Shown here: positions 23,439 to 34,750 of the stretch, one piece after another
Layout of the letters: each line of letters begins with the position of its first letter
Position numbering within the stretch: the first letter of the stretch is position 1
DNA from: Octopus bimaculoides
Lineage: Eukaryota
Assembly (NCBI RefSeq): GCF_001194135.2
Contig: NC_068998.1
Span: 15,238,085-15,281,011, forward strand
Length of the DNA stretch: 42,927 bases
Direction: 5' to 3'
Position numbers and translations under genes: made by a program
The notes under the pieces: generated by a model
What the model saw: the letters and a program-made list of their open reading frames with translations, nothing else
Told to the model about the DNA's origin: nothing
Databases searched by the model: none

Positions 23439-23684
23439 NNNNNNNNNNNNNNTATATATATGTATGTGTTTGTTTGTCTGTGTTTGTCCCCCCAACATCG
23501 CTTGACAACCGATGCTGGTGTGTTTACGTCCCCGTAACTTAGCGGTTCGGCAAAAGAGATCGATAGAATAAGTACTAGGCTTCCAAAGAATAAGTCCTGG
23601 GGTCGATTTGCTCGACTAAAGGCGGTGCTCCAGCATGGCCGCAGTCAAATGACTGAAACAAGTAAAAGAGTAAAGAGTAAAAGA
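23258..23684 (+). mobile_element. SINE family A, young near-complete copy
   Basis: Full architecture: tRNA-like head, CORE-like segment, internal (TA/GT)n, ggggtcgat segment and (agagtaa)n tail. Confidence 0.92.
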
Positions 23685-24527
23685 GAGAGAGCCTATCTTA
23701 GGTAAATTTTCCTCAGAGAAGGAGTTGAACTTGGCACTACAATTAGTTCATTAGTTTTACACCTATTTTCCATGCTACCATAGATTAGTTGGAAAGATAT
23801 TGAACTCTTTTACAGCTGTATACCTTTCCTGTCACTAACCTTTATCAAATTTTTTAGGCAATGACTTTTAACCCCAATTATTTTCAAAGGCACAGAAAAG
23901 AACTCCTTAATTTGTTGGTGGATATGGAGTCTGCTTTATGATCATGTGGTCTTCAGTTCTAATCTTGCGGTGAATGGTCATGGTTGGAGCACCTTAAATC
24001 TTTAATCTTTTAGGTAAAATCAGACCCAAGGTTAAACAACAATACAACATTAACTGTTATAGCAATGATCTAAAAATGTAATTTCTATGCTGTAGACGAC
24101 ATGCTAGAAATAGCAGCCACATTTCAAAGAAATAAAGATCATATCATCCTAAAAATGGAGACACTGAATAAATAATGTTGCACTCAATGTCTGGAAAAGA
24201 AGAGATGAGATTGTCACAGTTAAAAAAATCTTTGATGACTGGTTTGGCAGATCTGGATTGACCTGGGTGAAACACTCTCAATGATGAAAGTGCAAAAACA
24301 AAAGCTTAGCTGATGTAGTTATAACATGAAACTAAAATATACAAAGCAAAACAAAAAAGAAAATGATTTCCAGAAAATTTCCAATGACCTGTTCTATTGT
24401 CGCACCTACTACTGGACCAGTGAATTATTGAAGAACATAAATGATAGTCTTGTTGGGAGTAATAGACAAGACATTCAGTCTAAAGTGTAAAAGTTGCCTA
24501 CTGAGAAATAATTAAATGACTACTCAC

Positions 24528-24587
24528 TTGTTTTTTGTCTCGTGTCATCACAAGTACTTCAGTCTCGCCAAGTTGCAGCAAGAATGG
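24528..24587 (-). CDS. Coding exon of the same RUN-PDZ-PTB family gene, PTB first half
   Basis: Acceptor ttatcacttccag and donor caa|gtgagt; 60 nt, phase 0 to 0. It encodes PFLLQLGETEVLVMTRDKKQ, aligns to the recalled consensus EVLLELGEIGVTVWDKSTSE and joins the 16729 exon in frame with no gap. Confidence 0.85.
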
Positions 24588-24762
24588 CTGGAAGTGATAA
24601 GTAAATTCATGGATGTAACTTTTTATTTCTTTCATTGTCTTCCCTTCTTCTCTCTCACTCTCTCCATAGATATATCTCAAATACATACAGACACACACAC
24701 GTATAACTACATATAAATATATATATATATATATATACACAGACACACACTCACATACATAC

Positions 24763-24817
<55 letters not shown>

Positions 24818-25431
24818 NNNNNNNNNNNNNNNNNNNNNNNNNNNNNNNNNNNNNNNNNNNNNNNNNNNNNNNNNNNNNNNNNNNNNNNNNNNNNNNNNNN
24901 NNNNNNNNNNNNNNNNNNNNNNNNNNNNNNNNNNNNNNNNNNNNNNNNNNNNNNNNNNNNNNNNNNNNNNNNNNNNNNNNNNNNNNNNNNNNNNNNNNNN
25001 NNNNNNNNNNNNNNNNNNNNNNNNNNNNNNNNNNNNNNNNNNNNNNNNNNNNNNNNNNNNNNNNNNNNNNNNNNNNNNNNNNNNNNNNNNNNNNNNNNNN
25101 NNNNNNNNNNNNNNNNNNNNNNNNNNNNNNNNNNNNNNNNNNNNNNNNNNNNNNNNNNNNNNNNNNNNNNNNNNNNNNNNNNNNNNNNNNNNNNNNNNNN
25201 NNNNNNNNNNNNNNNNNNNNNNNNNNNNNNNNNNNNNNNNNNNNNNNNNNNNNNNNNNNNNNNNNNNNNNNNNNNNNNNNNNNNNNNNNNNNNNNNNNNN
25301 NNNNNNNNNNNNNNNNNNNNNNNNNNNNNNNNNNNNNNNNNNNNNNNNNNNNNNNNNNNNNNNNNNNNNNNNNNNNNNNNNNNNNNNNNNNNNNNNNNNN
25401 NNNNNNNNNNNNNATATATATATATATATAT

Positions 25432-25747
25432 ATTCTTTTATTGGTTTCAGTCATTTGACTGTGGCCATGATGGAGCACCACCTTGAGTCAAACAAATCAA
25501 CCCCAGGACTTATTCTTTGTAAGCCTAGTACTTATTCTATCATTCTCTTTTGCTGAACCGCTTGGTTATGGAGACATAAACACACCAACATTGGTTATCA
25601 AGCAATGGTGGAGGGACAAACAGACATACAAACATTGGCCCGAAGCTATACCAGAAGACACTTGCCCAAAGTGCCACGCAGTGGGACTGAACCCAGAACC
25701 ATGTGGTTGGTAAGCAAGATACATACCACACAGCCACTCCTGCACCT
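25432..25747 (-). mobile_element. SINE family A, internally deleted
   Basis: Tail and head are present; the central microsatellite segment is shortened. Confidence 0.8.
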
Positions 25748-26269
25748 ATATATATGCATGTGTATATATATATATATATATNNNNNNNNNNNNNNNNNNN
25801 NNNNNNNNNNNNNNNNNNNNNNNNNNNNNNNNNNNNNNNNNNNNAAAGAGAGAGGCAGGCAGACTGATAGATATAAATATATATTTGTGTGTATGTGTGT
25901 GTGTATCCATTTCTCTTTTTGAAGCAGAAACAATGGCCTGATCATTCGAAAAATTGAAAGAAAAAAGAAAAAGATTTTTCTCAAAATGTATTTTATTGCA
26001 ATTTTAAGTCTACCACCTAATATATTTTAACAATACTCTACAAAGCAGACAAAACAAAACAGGTGATAAAACAAACAAGAAAAATGAAAATGGCAATGAC
26101 AGTGATGATAAAAAATATTACAAATGATGAATGTAAATGCATTGAAATTATTTTAATTAATGAGCTCTTTACAAAGCAGAAAGTCTTGAGAAAAATGGTG
26201 AGCAAGGGGGAAGAGTGGGCTCAACAATCTGTCAATGATAAATTTGCTTCGTTTTAATTCATATTTTTT

Positions 26270-27056
26270 TTTACTTAAGTTATTGGACTGTGGCCATACT
26301 GGAGTACCACCTTGTAGAGTTTAGTGAAACAAATTAATCATTTGGTACTCATACTATTAGTTGTTTTTGACCAAATCACTAAGTTACAGGGACATAAACA
26401 AACCACCACGGGTTGTCAAGCAGTGGAGGGACAAGCACAAACACAGACACATGCATATACATATAGATACATTACACATATGAGGGGCATCTACACATAG
26501 AAATCATGTCAAAACAGACAATTGGAGTCTGGTGTGGGGCTCTCCAGCTTGCCAGTTCCTGTCAAACCATGCCAGGCATGGAAAACAGATATTAGATGAT
26601 GATGATGACGATGATGATGATGACGATGATGATGATGACGATGATGATGATGACGATGATGATGATGACGATGATGATGATGACGATGATGATGATGACG
26701 ATGATGATNNNNNNNNNNNNNNNNNNNNNNNNNNNNNNNNNNNNNNNNNNNNNNNNNNNGATGACGATGATGATGATGACGATGATGATGATGACGATGA
26801 TGATGATGACGATGATGATGATGACGATGATGATGATGACGATGATGATGATGACGATGATGATGATGACGATGATGATGATGACGATGCATGCAGGCAT
26901 GCAACAAGCTTCCACTCAGTTTCTGTCTACCAAATTCACTCACAAGGAATTAATTGGCCTGGAGTTATACAGCAGAAGCCACTTGCCCATTGTGCTGTAA
27001 GATTGAAACTGAAACCACATGTTTGCAAGGAGGGCTTCTTAGCCACGCAGCCATGT
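26270..27056 (-). mobile_element. SINE family A split by a plus-strand family D tail and a GAT array
   Basis: The A 3' half is at 26270-26480 and the A 5' half at 26900-27056; the D tail (26503-26594) and the array lie between them. Confidence 0.7.
26595..26887. repeat. (GATGATGATGATGAC)n 15-bp higher-order microsatellite
   Basis: A GAC occurs every fifth triplet on both sides of a 50-N gap. Confidence 0.95.
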
Positions 27057-27221
27057 CTAAATCATTGAGTTGTTAAGCATGTTAATACCATAGATTGATC
27101 AACAAGGATTTGGTTACTCATATGGTTGTCCAGAATTATGGGTAATCCAGATTTTGTCAAGCTTATGTCAGAATCGCATTCTCAAACTGAATCCACTTAT
27201 CCATACCAATGCTATTAATCT

Positions 27222-27592
27222 TTTATCTTCTATTTGTTTCAGTCATGTGACTGTAGCCATGCTTGGACACCACCTTGAAGCATTTTAGTCAAACAAATTG
27301 GCCCCAGTACATATTTTTCTTTAAAGCCTAGTACTTATTCTATAGATCTCTTTTGACAAACCACTAAGTTATGAGGATGCAAACATACCAACACTGGTTG
27401 TCAAGTGATGGAGAGGAAGAAGCACACACACACATGAGCTTCTTTCAGTTTCCGTCAACCAGTCTACCAGCTCCATTCACAAGGCTTTGGTCAGCTCTAG
27501 GCTATAGTAGAAGACACTTGCCCAGGGTGTGATGCAGTGGGACTGAACCCAAAACCATGTGGCTGGCAAGAAAACTTCTTACCACACAGCCT
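27222..27592 (-). mobile_element. SINE family A
   Basis: Full reverse-complement copy, diverged. Confidence 0.85.
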
Positions 27593-27661
27593 ATATATAA
27601 TTTCTAAAACAGAAGACATGATCTTTTTTTATAGCAAAACATCTTTGCTGAGAAGTTTATT

Positions 27662-28192
27662 TTTATGTCCATTTTTTCCCATGCTGCAATTGGTTAGAGG
27701 AATATGTATTATTGCTGCACCTCTTATGTGTCCATAGCTTTCACTGGGTACACTGTATGGAGTTTCTACCAATACCTTTTCTACATATCAAGCAGGGCCA
27801 TCGCCTTGAAGGGATCAATAATTTGTCTGTTTTCCTACTAACTTTGGTATTTGCTAAATTAACTCTAAGGCTGTTGGATTCCAGACCTTGCTTTCACACC
27901 CGAAACTTTTTCTGTAGTTCTGGTAGGGATTAAGAAAAAAAAAACATCAACATAGAGGAGCTCCCAAAGACCGCCAGTTTTAAATTCATCTGTTATGGTC
28001 TAGGGGACTATGGAAAAACAAGAGGGGACTGAGATCTGATCTTTGGTGAACTCCTACTTATACACTAAATTCCATGCCATACTCATTGCCAACTTTCACC
28101 TTCCTGACAGCATTTCTCTACATGGCTTGTACAGCTCTCACTAACCCCTCATCTATCCCCAACTTCCTCATAAGGGAGCATAAGACCCTGTC
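27662..28192 (-). mobile_element. RTE-type LINE RT fragment with a Cys-rich insertion and an attached 3' tail
   Basis: MRKLGIDEGLVRAVQAM...VGVHQRSDLSPLLF...ELLYVD...KQGLESNSLRVNLANTKV...WPCLICRKGIGRNSIQCTQ*KLWTHKRCSN, then the tail gcagcatgggaaaaaatggacataaaa. Confidence 0.88.
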
Positions 28193-29529
28193 AAATATTT
28201 TTTGATTGAAAATTCAAACAAGTTTGAAAAGAATAAGTGAAAATGCAGAGGTTATAGAAGTTAATGGTAACGAAGGCTGTGGAATGATAAAGAACGTTAC
28301 AACATTCATTTAAAAAAACACGTTAGAGTTTGTGTATGTGCGTGAAACAAGTAAAAGTATAATATTAAAACAAAATATTTTTCAAATACCTCTTAAAATC
28401 ACTGGATATAATATATATATATATGTATAATATATAATAATTCCAGATTGCAGAATAGATTTGAAAATCTAATCCATTTCCCCTTTGGAATTTTTGGCAC
28501 CGAAATTGGGTAAATAATGTGTTTCATTATCTATCTATCTATCTATCTAATTTCTTTCTTTCTGTCTGTCTGTCTGTCTGTCTGTCTTGCTGCTTCTTTT
28601 TATCTGTCACTCTTTCAAACATTTATATTTCCACACATTTTTTTTTTTTGTCTCTTTCAAACAGTCTCACTTTCTTACATTTGCAATAATTTCTTCGTTA
28701 CAAATATACTTTCTTCTAAACATTCTTCCCTCTTTTATTATCATCAAGCATTCTTTCACAAATTCTTCACTTCTTTCTTTCTTGCAAACATCTTTTTTTT
28801 TTTTTTTGTCTTTCAGTCATCATTTGATCGTCTGCTTTTTATTTCTTTTCCAAATAATTCTTTCTTTCTTTCTTTTAATCATTCTCTTCTTATTTTCTTC
28901 TTTTCTTTCTTCCAGTCATTATACCCTCCCACCATCTCTGTGTATTTTCCTCTTTTTTTTTTTAATATAATTCTCCTCTTTTCCATGTTGGAACTCTACC
29001 ACACTACTTCCCTGTACCCACACAACATTTTTTCAAAACACCACACTGTCTGCATAACATAACAAGGGATATATTTTCATCTGTTATTACATAAAACAAA
29101 AGTTTCCTTTGGAGATTTTTAACAATATACTAACTGCAACGACATATATCACTGCTTGTTTTCTCTCATACAAATTTTTGAAAATAAATAGTGTGTGGAG
29201 TGGGGGAGTTCTCCTGTAAATAATGATAACAATCAGTGTGTAAACTTACAAAAATGTTGCCAGTCCACTAACAACAACAACAACAACGATTTCTTTTATG
29301 GCCACAAAGACAATGAATGGAGACGATAATAACCGGTATTTTGGGTGACAGATATTAATCATAAGAAAAAAATTATAAAAAAACTTCTCAGGAAAAATAA
29401 CCATAATTCAGGAAAAAATTATAAAAATACTAAAAACATACTAGTTTTTAAAAAAGAAAGAAAAGCTAAAGAGAGATAAAGAAATTAACTGTAGGTGCAA
29501 TTTATTTTATAATAGTATTATTTTGTTGA

Positions 29530-29720
29530 GCTGGCATTAATACAGTGCTGGATTGGCAGATCAGTAAATCATTGAACAAAATAACAAAATTAGTTCTACC
29601 CGCTTATATTGTGAGTTCAAATCCTGCCAAAGTCAACTTTGCCTTTCGTTATACCAGGATCAATGAAATAAAAGAAATCAATCTACAAGTACCAGAGTTG
29701 ATTTAATCAACTGATGCTGA
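29530..29720 (+). mobile_element. SINE family C, diverged
   Basis: gagttcaaatcctgccaaagtcaactttgcctttc. Confidence 0.6.
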
Positions 29721-29761
29721 TGTCACACTATAGGGTTGTTCAAGCAATGAGACTAGAGCTG

Positions 29762-30006
29762 AAAAACCTCAATGTTTTTAAGTAAAGAAGAATATATTTG
29801 ATACTATAGTCCTTAGTTTCCCTAAAATGATGTGGTCATGATTGGAATGCTTTTGATCATATGTTTGTTTGATCAAAATTAACCTAAGGTTAAACAACAA
29901 CATTTGCTAATGATCTGATATAGAAGTTGGTAAATTACAGCCTATGGCCTCATTTCTTCTGGTTTGCCAACTTTATTGAAATAGGTGACATTACATACAG
30001 AAATCT
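29762..30006. repeat. Family F copy, left arm of an inverted pair
   Basis: Its reverse complement aligns with 31314-31557 over about 245 bp. Confidence 0.8.
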
Positions 30007-30134
30007 TTGTCATGCATGAAGGGGTGGATGAACAAATAAACTCCCAAATGTCTTCTTAGTATTCTTGTGAACAGTAACAATCTCAGATATTATTAGGTTT
30101 GAAGGAGAACAATGAAACAATGTCACATAAATAC

Positions 30135-30212
30135 TATCATCAATGACATATCTAGCTTGTCCATCATATTCAGTGTGAGGCGACAGAAGATGATGTTTGT
30201 GTCGCACATCCT
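30135..30212 (-). CDS. Candidate upstream exon (unverified)
   Basis: Acceptor caatttgttttag; open frame EDVRHKHHLLSPHTEYDGQARYVIDD. The donor is ambiguous (gtattt giving exon end 30135, or gtgaca giving 30127). Similarity to the PTB N-terminus is weak. Confidence 0.35.
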
Positions 30213-30249
30213 CTAAAACAAATTGCATTCTGTCACAAGAAATCATTTA

Positions 30250-30680
30250 TTATGAGCTGTAAGAAGAGATGGGAAGACATAAGATGAAGTACTGAAAGCT
30301 AACCTCAAAATGCTGAACTTTATGAAGGAGATAACAGAGTACTGAGATATATGGTACATTGCTGTATTTGAGAAGACCCACCCACCACAACAGAATTAAG
30401 ATCCTAAAACCAAGGTGCCACATAAAAAGCATTGGTATGGGTGCTGATGCCACACAAAAAGCACTGGTGCCATGTAGAAAGCACTAGTAATGGTACCACA
30501 TAAAAAGTACCCAGTACATTCTGTGAAGTGGTTGGTGTTAGGAAGGGCATCCAGCCATAGAAACCAAGCCAAAACAAACTATGGAATCTAGTGTAGCCCT
30601 TGGCCTTACTAGTTCCTGTCAAGCAATCCAACCCATGCCAGCATAAAAAACAGACATTAAATGGTGTTCTTGATGATGAT
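30250..30680 (+). mobile_element. SINE family D, long copy
   Basis: Colinear with 989-1270 and ends in a (gat)n tail. Confidence 0.8.
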
Positions 30681-31031
30681 GAATGTATAGTAGTTTGATC
30701 ATCCATTTCTCTTTATTTCGGGTCAAAGATCCATATACTTTCTTGGAAGTGAGCTGAATTGGAAATAATTTTATGACTCATAATAATTTTATGAAGTAAA
30801 TAAAAGAGGAAACCACCATTATATAAGGCTGATAGAAACAGCTTGTTTTCTTTTCACATTTTCTTTTTATAAATATTACCTGCATAATGAAAGATTCGCT
30901 GTATACTTAAAATATGAAAATCAGTGTGTGTTTTGTGAAACATAGAATGCAGTGAAGAGTTAAAACATTTATAGTTAGGCTGAATAGGAATGATTGTGGC
31001 TTCAGGGTAAGTGAAATACCAGCCACTTTAC

Positions 31032-31079
31032 CTGCTTTCCTCAACAGATAAGAAGCACTTTTTATCACTACCTGCTTTC
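31032..31079 (-). CDS. Candidate 48-nt exon (unverified)
   Basis: Acceptor ttattgattatag and donor cag|gtaaag; two frames are open (KQVVIKSASYLLRKA or KAGSDKKCFLSVEES). Confidence 0.3.
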
Positions 31080-31313
31080 CTATAATCAATAACTCATGCA
31101 AATTTAATGTAACAACATATAGATGTTCTTAGTCATTGCTACTCTACTCATTTAGGAAGGTAGAAACATTTACTGCTTAAATTATTGCACCTTGGGAAAT
31201 GTTTATTTTGTTTCTTTGTGCTAATATAAAAATAAAGATTTCAGACAATAAAAAACTGAAATTTCTGTTCTATCTTTTGATACAGAACTTTATTGTTTGC
31301 AAACCAAAGAAAA

Positions 31314-31557
31314 GATTTTTGTATGTAATGTCACCTATTTCAATAAAGTTGGTGAGCCAGATGGAATGAGACCACAGGCTGTAATTTGCCAACTTCTGTC
31401 TCAAATCATTAACAAATGTTGTTGCTTAGCCCCAAGTCAATTTTGATTAAGCAAACATATGATCAAAAGCATTCCAGCCATGACCCCTTCTTTTTAGGGA
31501 AAATGTGGACTACATTTATCAAATGTGTTCTTCTTTACTTAAAAACATTGAGGTTTG
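31314..31557. repeat. Family F copy, right arm of an inverted pair
   Basis: Reverse complement of 29762-30006. Confidence 0.8.
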
Positions 31558-31756
31558 CCTTTCTTGGAGATTTTGCTGCTATTTCTAGTAGCTTAAGTGA
31601 CCATACAGAGGAGGTATGTGCAACATTTTTCACAAGGTGGCTGCATAAAACACAGCGCACCATCAGGCAGGCCACGCTACTAAATCTATTCAAGGTAATT
31701 TTTTGTTAGGTATGTCACTCAAAAATTCCCATGGGCTTAATTGGGTACGTGGTTTC

Positions 31757-31800
<44 letters not shown>

Positions 31801-31802
<2 letters not shown>

Positions 31803-31995
31803 GGCAGTGAGCTGGCAGAATCATTTGCATACCAGCCAAAATGCTTAGCTGCATTTTGTCCGTCTTTACATTTCTGAGTTCAAATTCCACTGAGGATGAC
31901 TTTCATCCTTTCAGGGTTGGTAAAATAAGTACCAGTTGAACACTGGGATTGATGTAATCGACTTGAACCCTCCCCCGAAATTGTTGGAGAAAGGT
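31801..31995 (+). mobile_element. SINE family C inserted after (TTA)n
   Basis: atggcagtgagctggcagaatc...ctttcatcctttcagggttggtaaaataagtaccag. Confidence 0.85.
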
Positions 31996-32220
31996 ATGAA
32001 ACCTAAGGATGGTAAAAAAAAATCTTAAATGATAAAAACAAAAAAACAAAGCGGAAGCAAAAAAAAATAAAAGGGAAAATGTATGAGTTGAAACTAACAC
32101 CTGGAATGTTACTTAACAGCCAAGAGTCCATGTTTGTCTAAATTTATGAGTGTCAAATTTTGGCACAAAGCCAGCAGTTTTAGGGGAGAGAGTAAGTTGA
32201 TGAAATTGACTTTAGTGTGC

Positions 32221-32293
32221 AGCAGCAGCAGCAGAAGAAGAAGAAGAAGAAGAAGAAGAAGAAGAAGAAGAAGAAGAAGAAGAAGAAGAAGAA
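32221..32293. repeat. (AGC)n(AGA)n microsatellite
   Basis: Direct reading. Confidence 0.95.
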
Positions 32294-32320
32294 CTGTGGT
32301 ATTGCAAAAATCAGATTTAC

Positions 32321-32419
32321 CTGGAACTGAATCCATATTGCATAAAGTACTGTCCATCTGAGGTCCTTGTTGTGACTTGACAGACAGTACAAATCTCCGG
32401 TACATACAATATCTTAAAT
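32321..32419 (-). CDS. Candidate 99-nt exon (unverified)
   Basis: Acceptor gttgtatgtag and donor cag|gtaaat; non-repetitive; two frames are open (LRYCMYRRFVLSVKSQQGPQMDSTLCNMDSVP or FKILYVPEICTVCQVTTRTSDGQYFMQYGFSS). Confidence 0.4.
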
Positions 32420-34227
32420 CTACATACAACATCACAATATTGGGTACTGTGTGACATCTTACATCATAATAATAATGATAATAATAATAATCATAATAAT
32501 AATAACAGAACAGGACACTGAGGATGGTTAACAAGAGAGCAAGGTGCTTTATGCTACTTTACTGCGATCTGGAAAATATCCATTAATATCAAGCAAATAA
32601 CAATAAAGAAAAGTTTTTTAAAATAATGAAATTGCTAAAGGATACTTATGTGAGCACTACATTAAAATATTAGTGATGTTGTATTACTTTTTGCCTAATA
32701 TAAGTAATGGATTGTCAATGTTCAATCTAATGGTCAATTAGCCAGCATGTGTAAGCAGCACACTAATGGAGCACACAAGTCAAACCACCACCAGACAAGT
32801 TCACCCACTTCCGAAAATGAGAAACAGCACAAATGAAAACCATAAAATTTGGCCTGAGGCCGAAGGGGAATACATACTTTGAATCTGATGCATAACAAGT
32901 ATGGAAAATGGAGTGTACAAAATGAAAAATGACACATGGTCAGATACCTAAAAACCAGTACTGAATCTAAATAAAGAACCACATTTTATTTAGTGAATAT
33001 TGCAAATAATACAAAAAAGATATAAATGGACACAAGAGAAATATGTTTCTCTGATACATGAATATTTTACAGATAGGCTTTATTCAAAAAGAAAGATGAG
33101 ACTACTGTAATATTTAAATTAGAATACCTGGAAAGAAAAGACCTTGGTCTGAAAGTAGTTTTAGATGCCAAGAGTTAAGCTAAATTAAGAATCTACAATT
33201 TCAAGACCAAAAAAAAATATCAAATAGAAATAAAACACCTAAAAGAAAATAAACTGTGACAAAAACACAAACCAAAAAAAAAATGTAAACAGTGAAAATC
33301 AAAGCATTTAAGCTAAAAAAAAAAAAAGGTGAAAATATAATCCACAGAGAATAGGCTTTACAGGTGCAAAAAAAAAAAAAAATGAATGAGAAAATACAAG
33401 AAAATTAAACCTTGGTACACTTACAAAATACTACGCATCAGCAGTCTAGCCAGAACAATGGAAACATGAATAAATTGAAATACAAGAAAAGTTCAGGAAT
33501 AGAAAATTCTAATGAAGAAAATTCCGAATAACAGTCTAAAGATGGAAAAAGAGAAAAAAGAATTAAACTTAACAGATCTTTCTAAAGTCCAATAAAAGAC
33601 ACTATTGATGAAAAACTTTAATTCTTTGTAACCATATCTCTAAAGATTTACAATGTTTTGATTACTTTTGAAAATAATCAAGAATTTAGAATGATTAAGT
33701 GAAACTGGCTTTTCATTAAGACAGTCTGGGTTTTGGAACATAATAAAAACAGCACATAAAATTATTAAAGGTTTCAGTTTTTTAACGAGAGATTTTATAT
33801 CATGTACCAGAGACTGTCTTAGATTGGTATTGAAAGGGTTGATTAAATAGCTACAACTATAAAAAGAACTCATAAACCAGGCCATTGTAGACTTAATGGA
33901 TACACTTGTGAATATCATACAATGAAATAACAGCAATAAAAAAATCACGACCCACGCTTTCAAATTAAAAACGCTCATGAATATCATACAATGGAAATAT
34001 AGGTGTATATATAAAACCCCGAGTAAACAATTTGGAAAGCAGACATACACTAAAAGATATAAAATAAATGAAAATATCTCAAACTTTAATTAAATTGTAT
34101 GAATCTTTCCTGATGAACTGCATTTCATATGCATATACTTAATCAACATGACGAGTAGAACATGCACTGTTTTTCAAGAGCATTAGTGTAACATTCTAAA
34201 ACTTGTCACATTGATCAAGTATGTTTT

Positions 34228-34700
34228 ATATTTTACTTGCTTCAATCATTGGAGTGTGGCGGCCATGCTGGAGCACTGCTTTGAAAGGTTTTAGTCCAAC
34301 AAATCGATCCTTGTAATTATTTTTTAAGCCTGGCACTTATTCTAGAAGTCACTTTTTGCCAAGTTATAGAGGTGTAAATAAACCAACACCTGTTGTCAAG
34401 TGGTGATGGGACATACATATACACACACATACACAGACACACATACATACAAACAAATGTATATGAATGTAGGGGCAGGCATGGCTGTGTGGTAAAGTCT
34501 TGCAGTGGCATTGCCTTTTATGGTTGCTCGATCCTGGTGTATATACTATATGGTCCTTGAACCCACTGGCCACTAGCACCTCATTGTAAGCAGGAGCCGC
34601 TGCATCGAAAATATCTTTATTTGAAGATAAGATCGAAATCCATTTACTGAACCCAGAACCATGTAAATGGGAAGCAAACTTCTTACCACAAAACCACACA
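34228..34700 (-). mobile_element. Rearranged SINE family A (3' half, inverted head fragment, PLE insert, head)
   Basis: The A tail region is at 34228-34445, a plus-strand head piece at 34470-34500, and the minus-strand head at 34646-34700. Confidence 0.7.
34509..34645 (-). mobile_element. Penelope-like RT C-terminal fragment
   Basis: Stop-free KWISILSSNKDIFDAAAPAYNEVLVASGFKDHIVYTPGSSNHKRQ, like the PLE segment RRISxLSSNxxIFxxAAPxYNxALxxSGF. Confidence 0.8.
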
Positions 34701-34750
34701 TATTATCATCACATATATATACATATACATATATATATATATATATTTTT

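Noticed and set aside
3697-25481. Long ORFs in the track that are rich in X, or in HT/CV/SL/ER/IY dipeptides
   Set aside because: They are translations of N gaps and dinucleotide microsatellites.
26532-27068. Poly-Asp, poly-His and poly-Met ORFs
   Set aside because: These are frames of the GAT/GAC array, which grew from a SINE tail.
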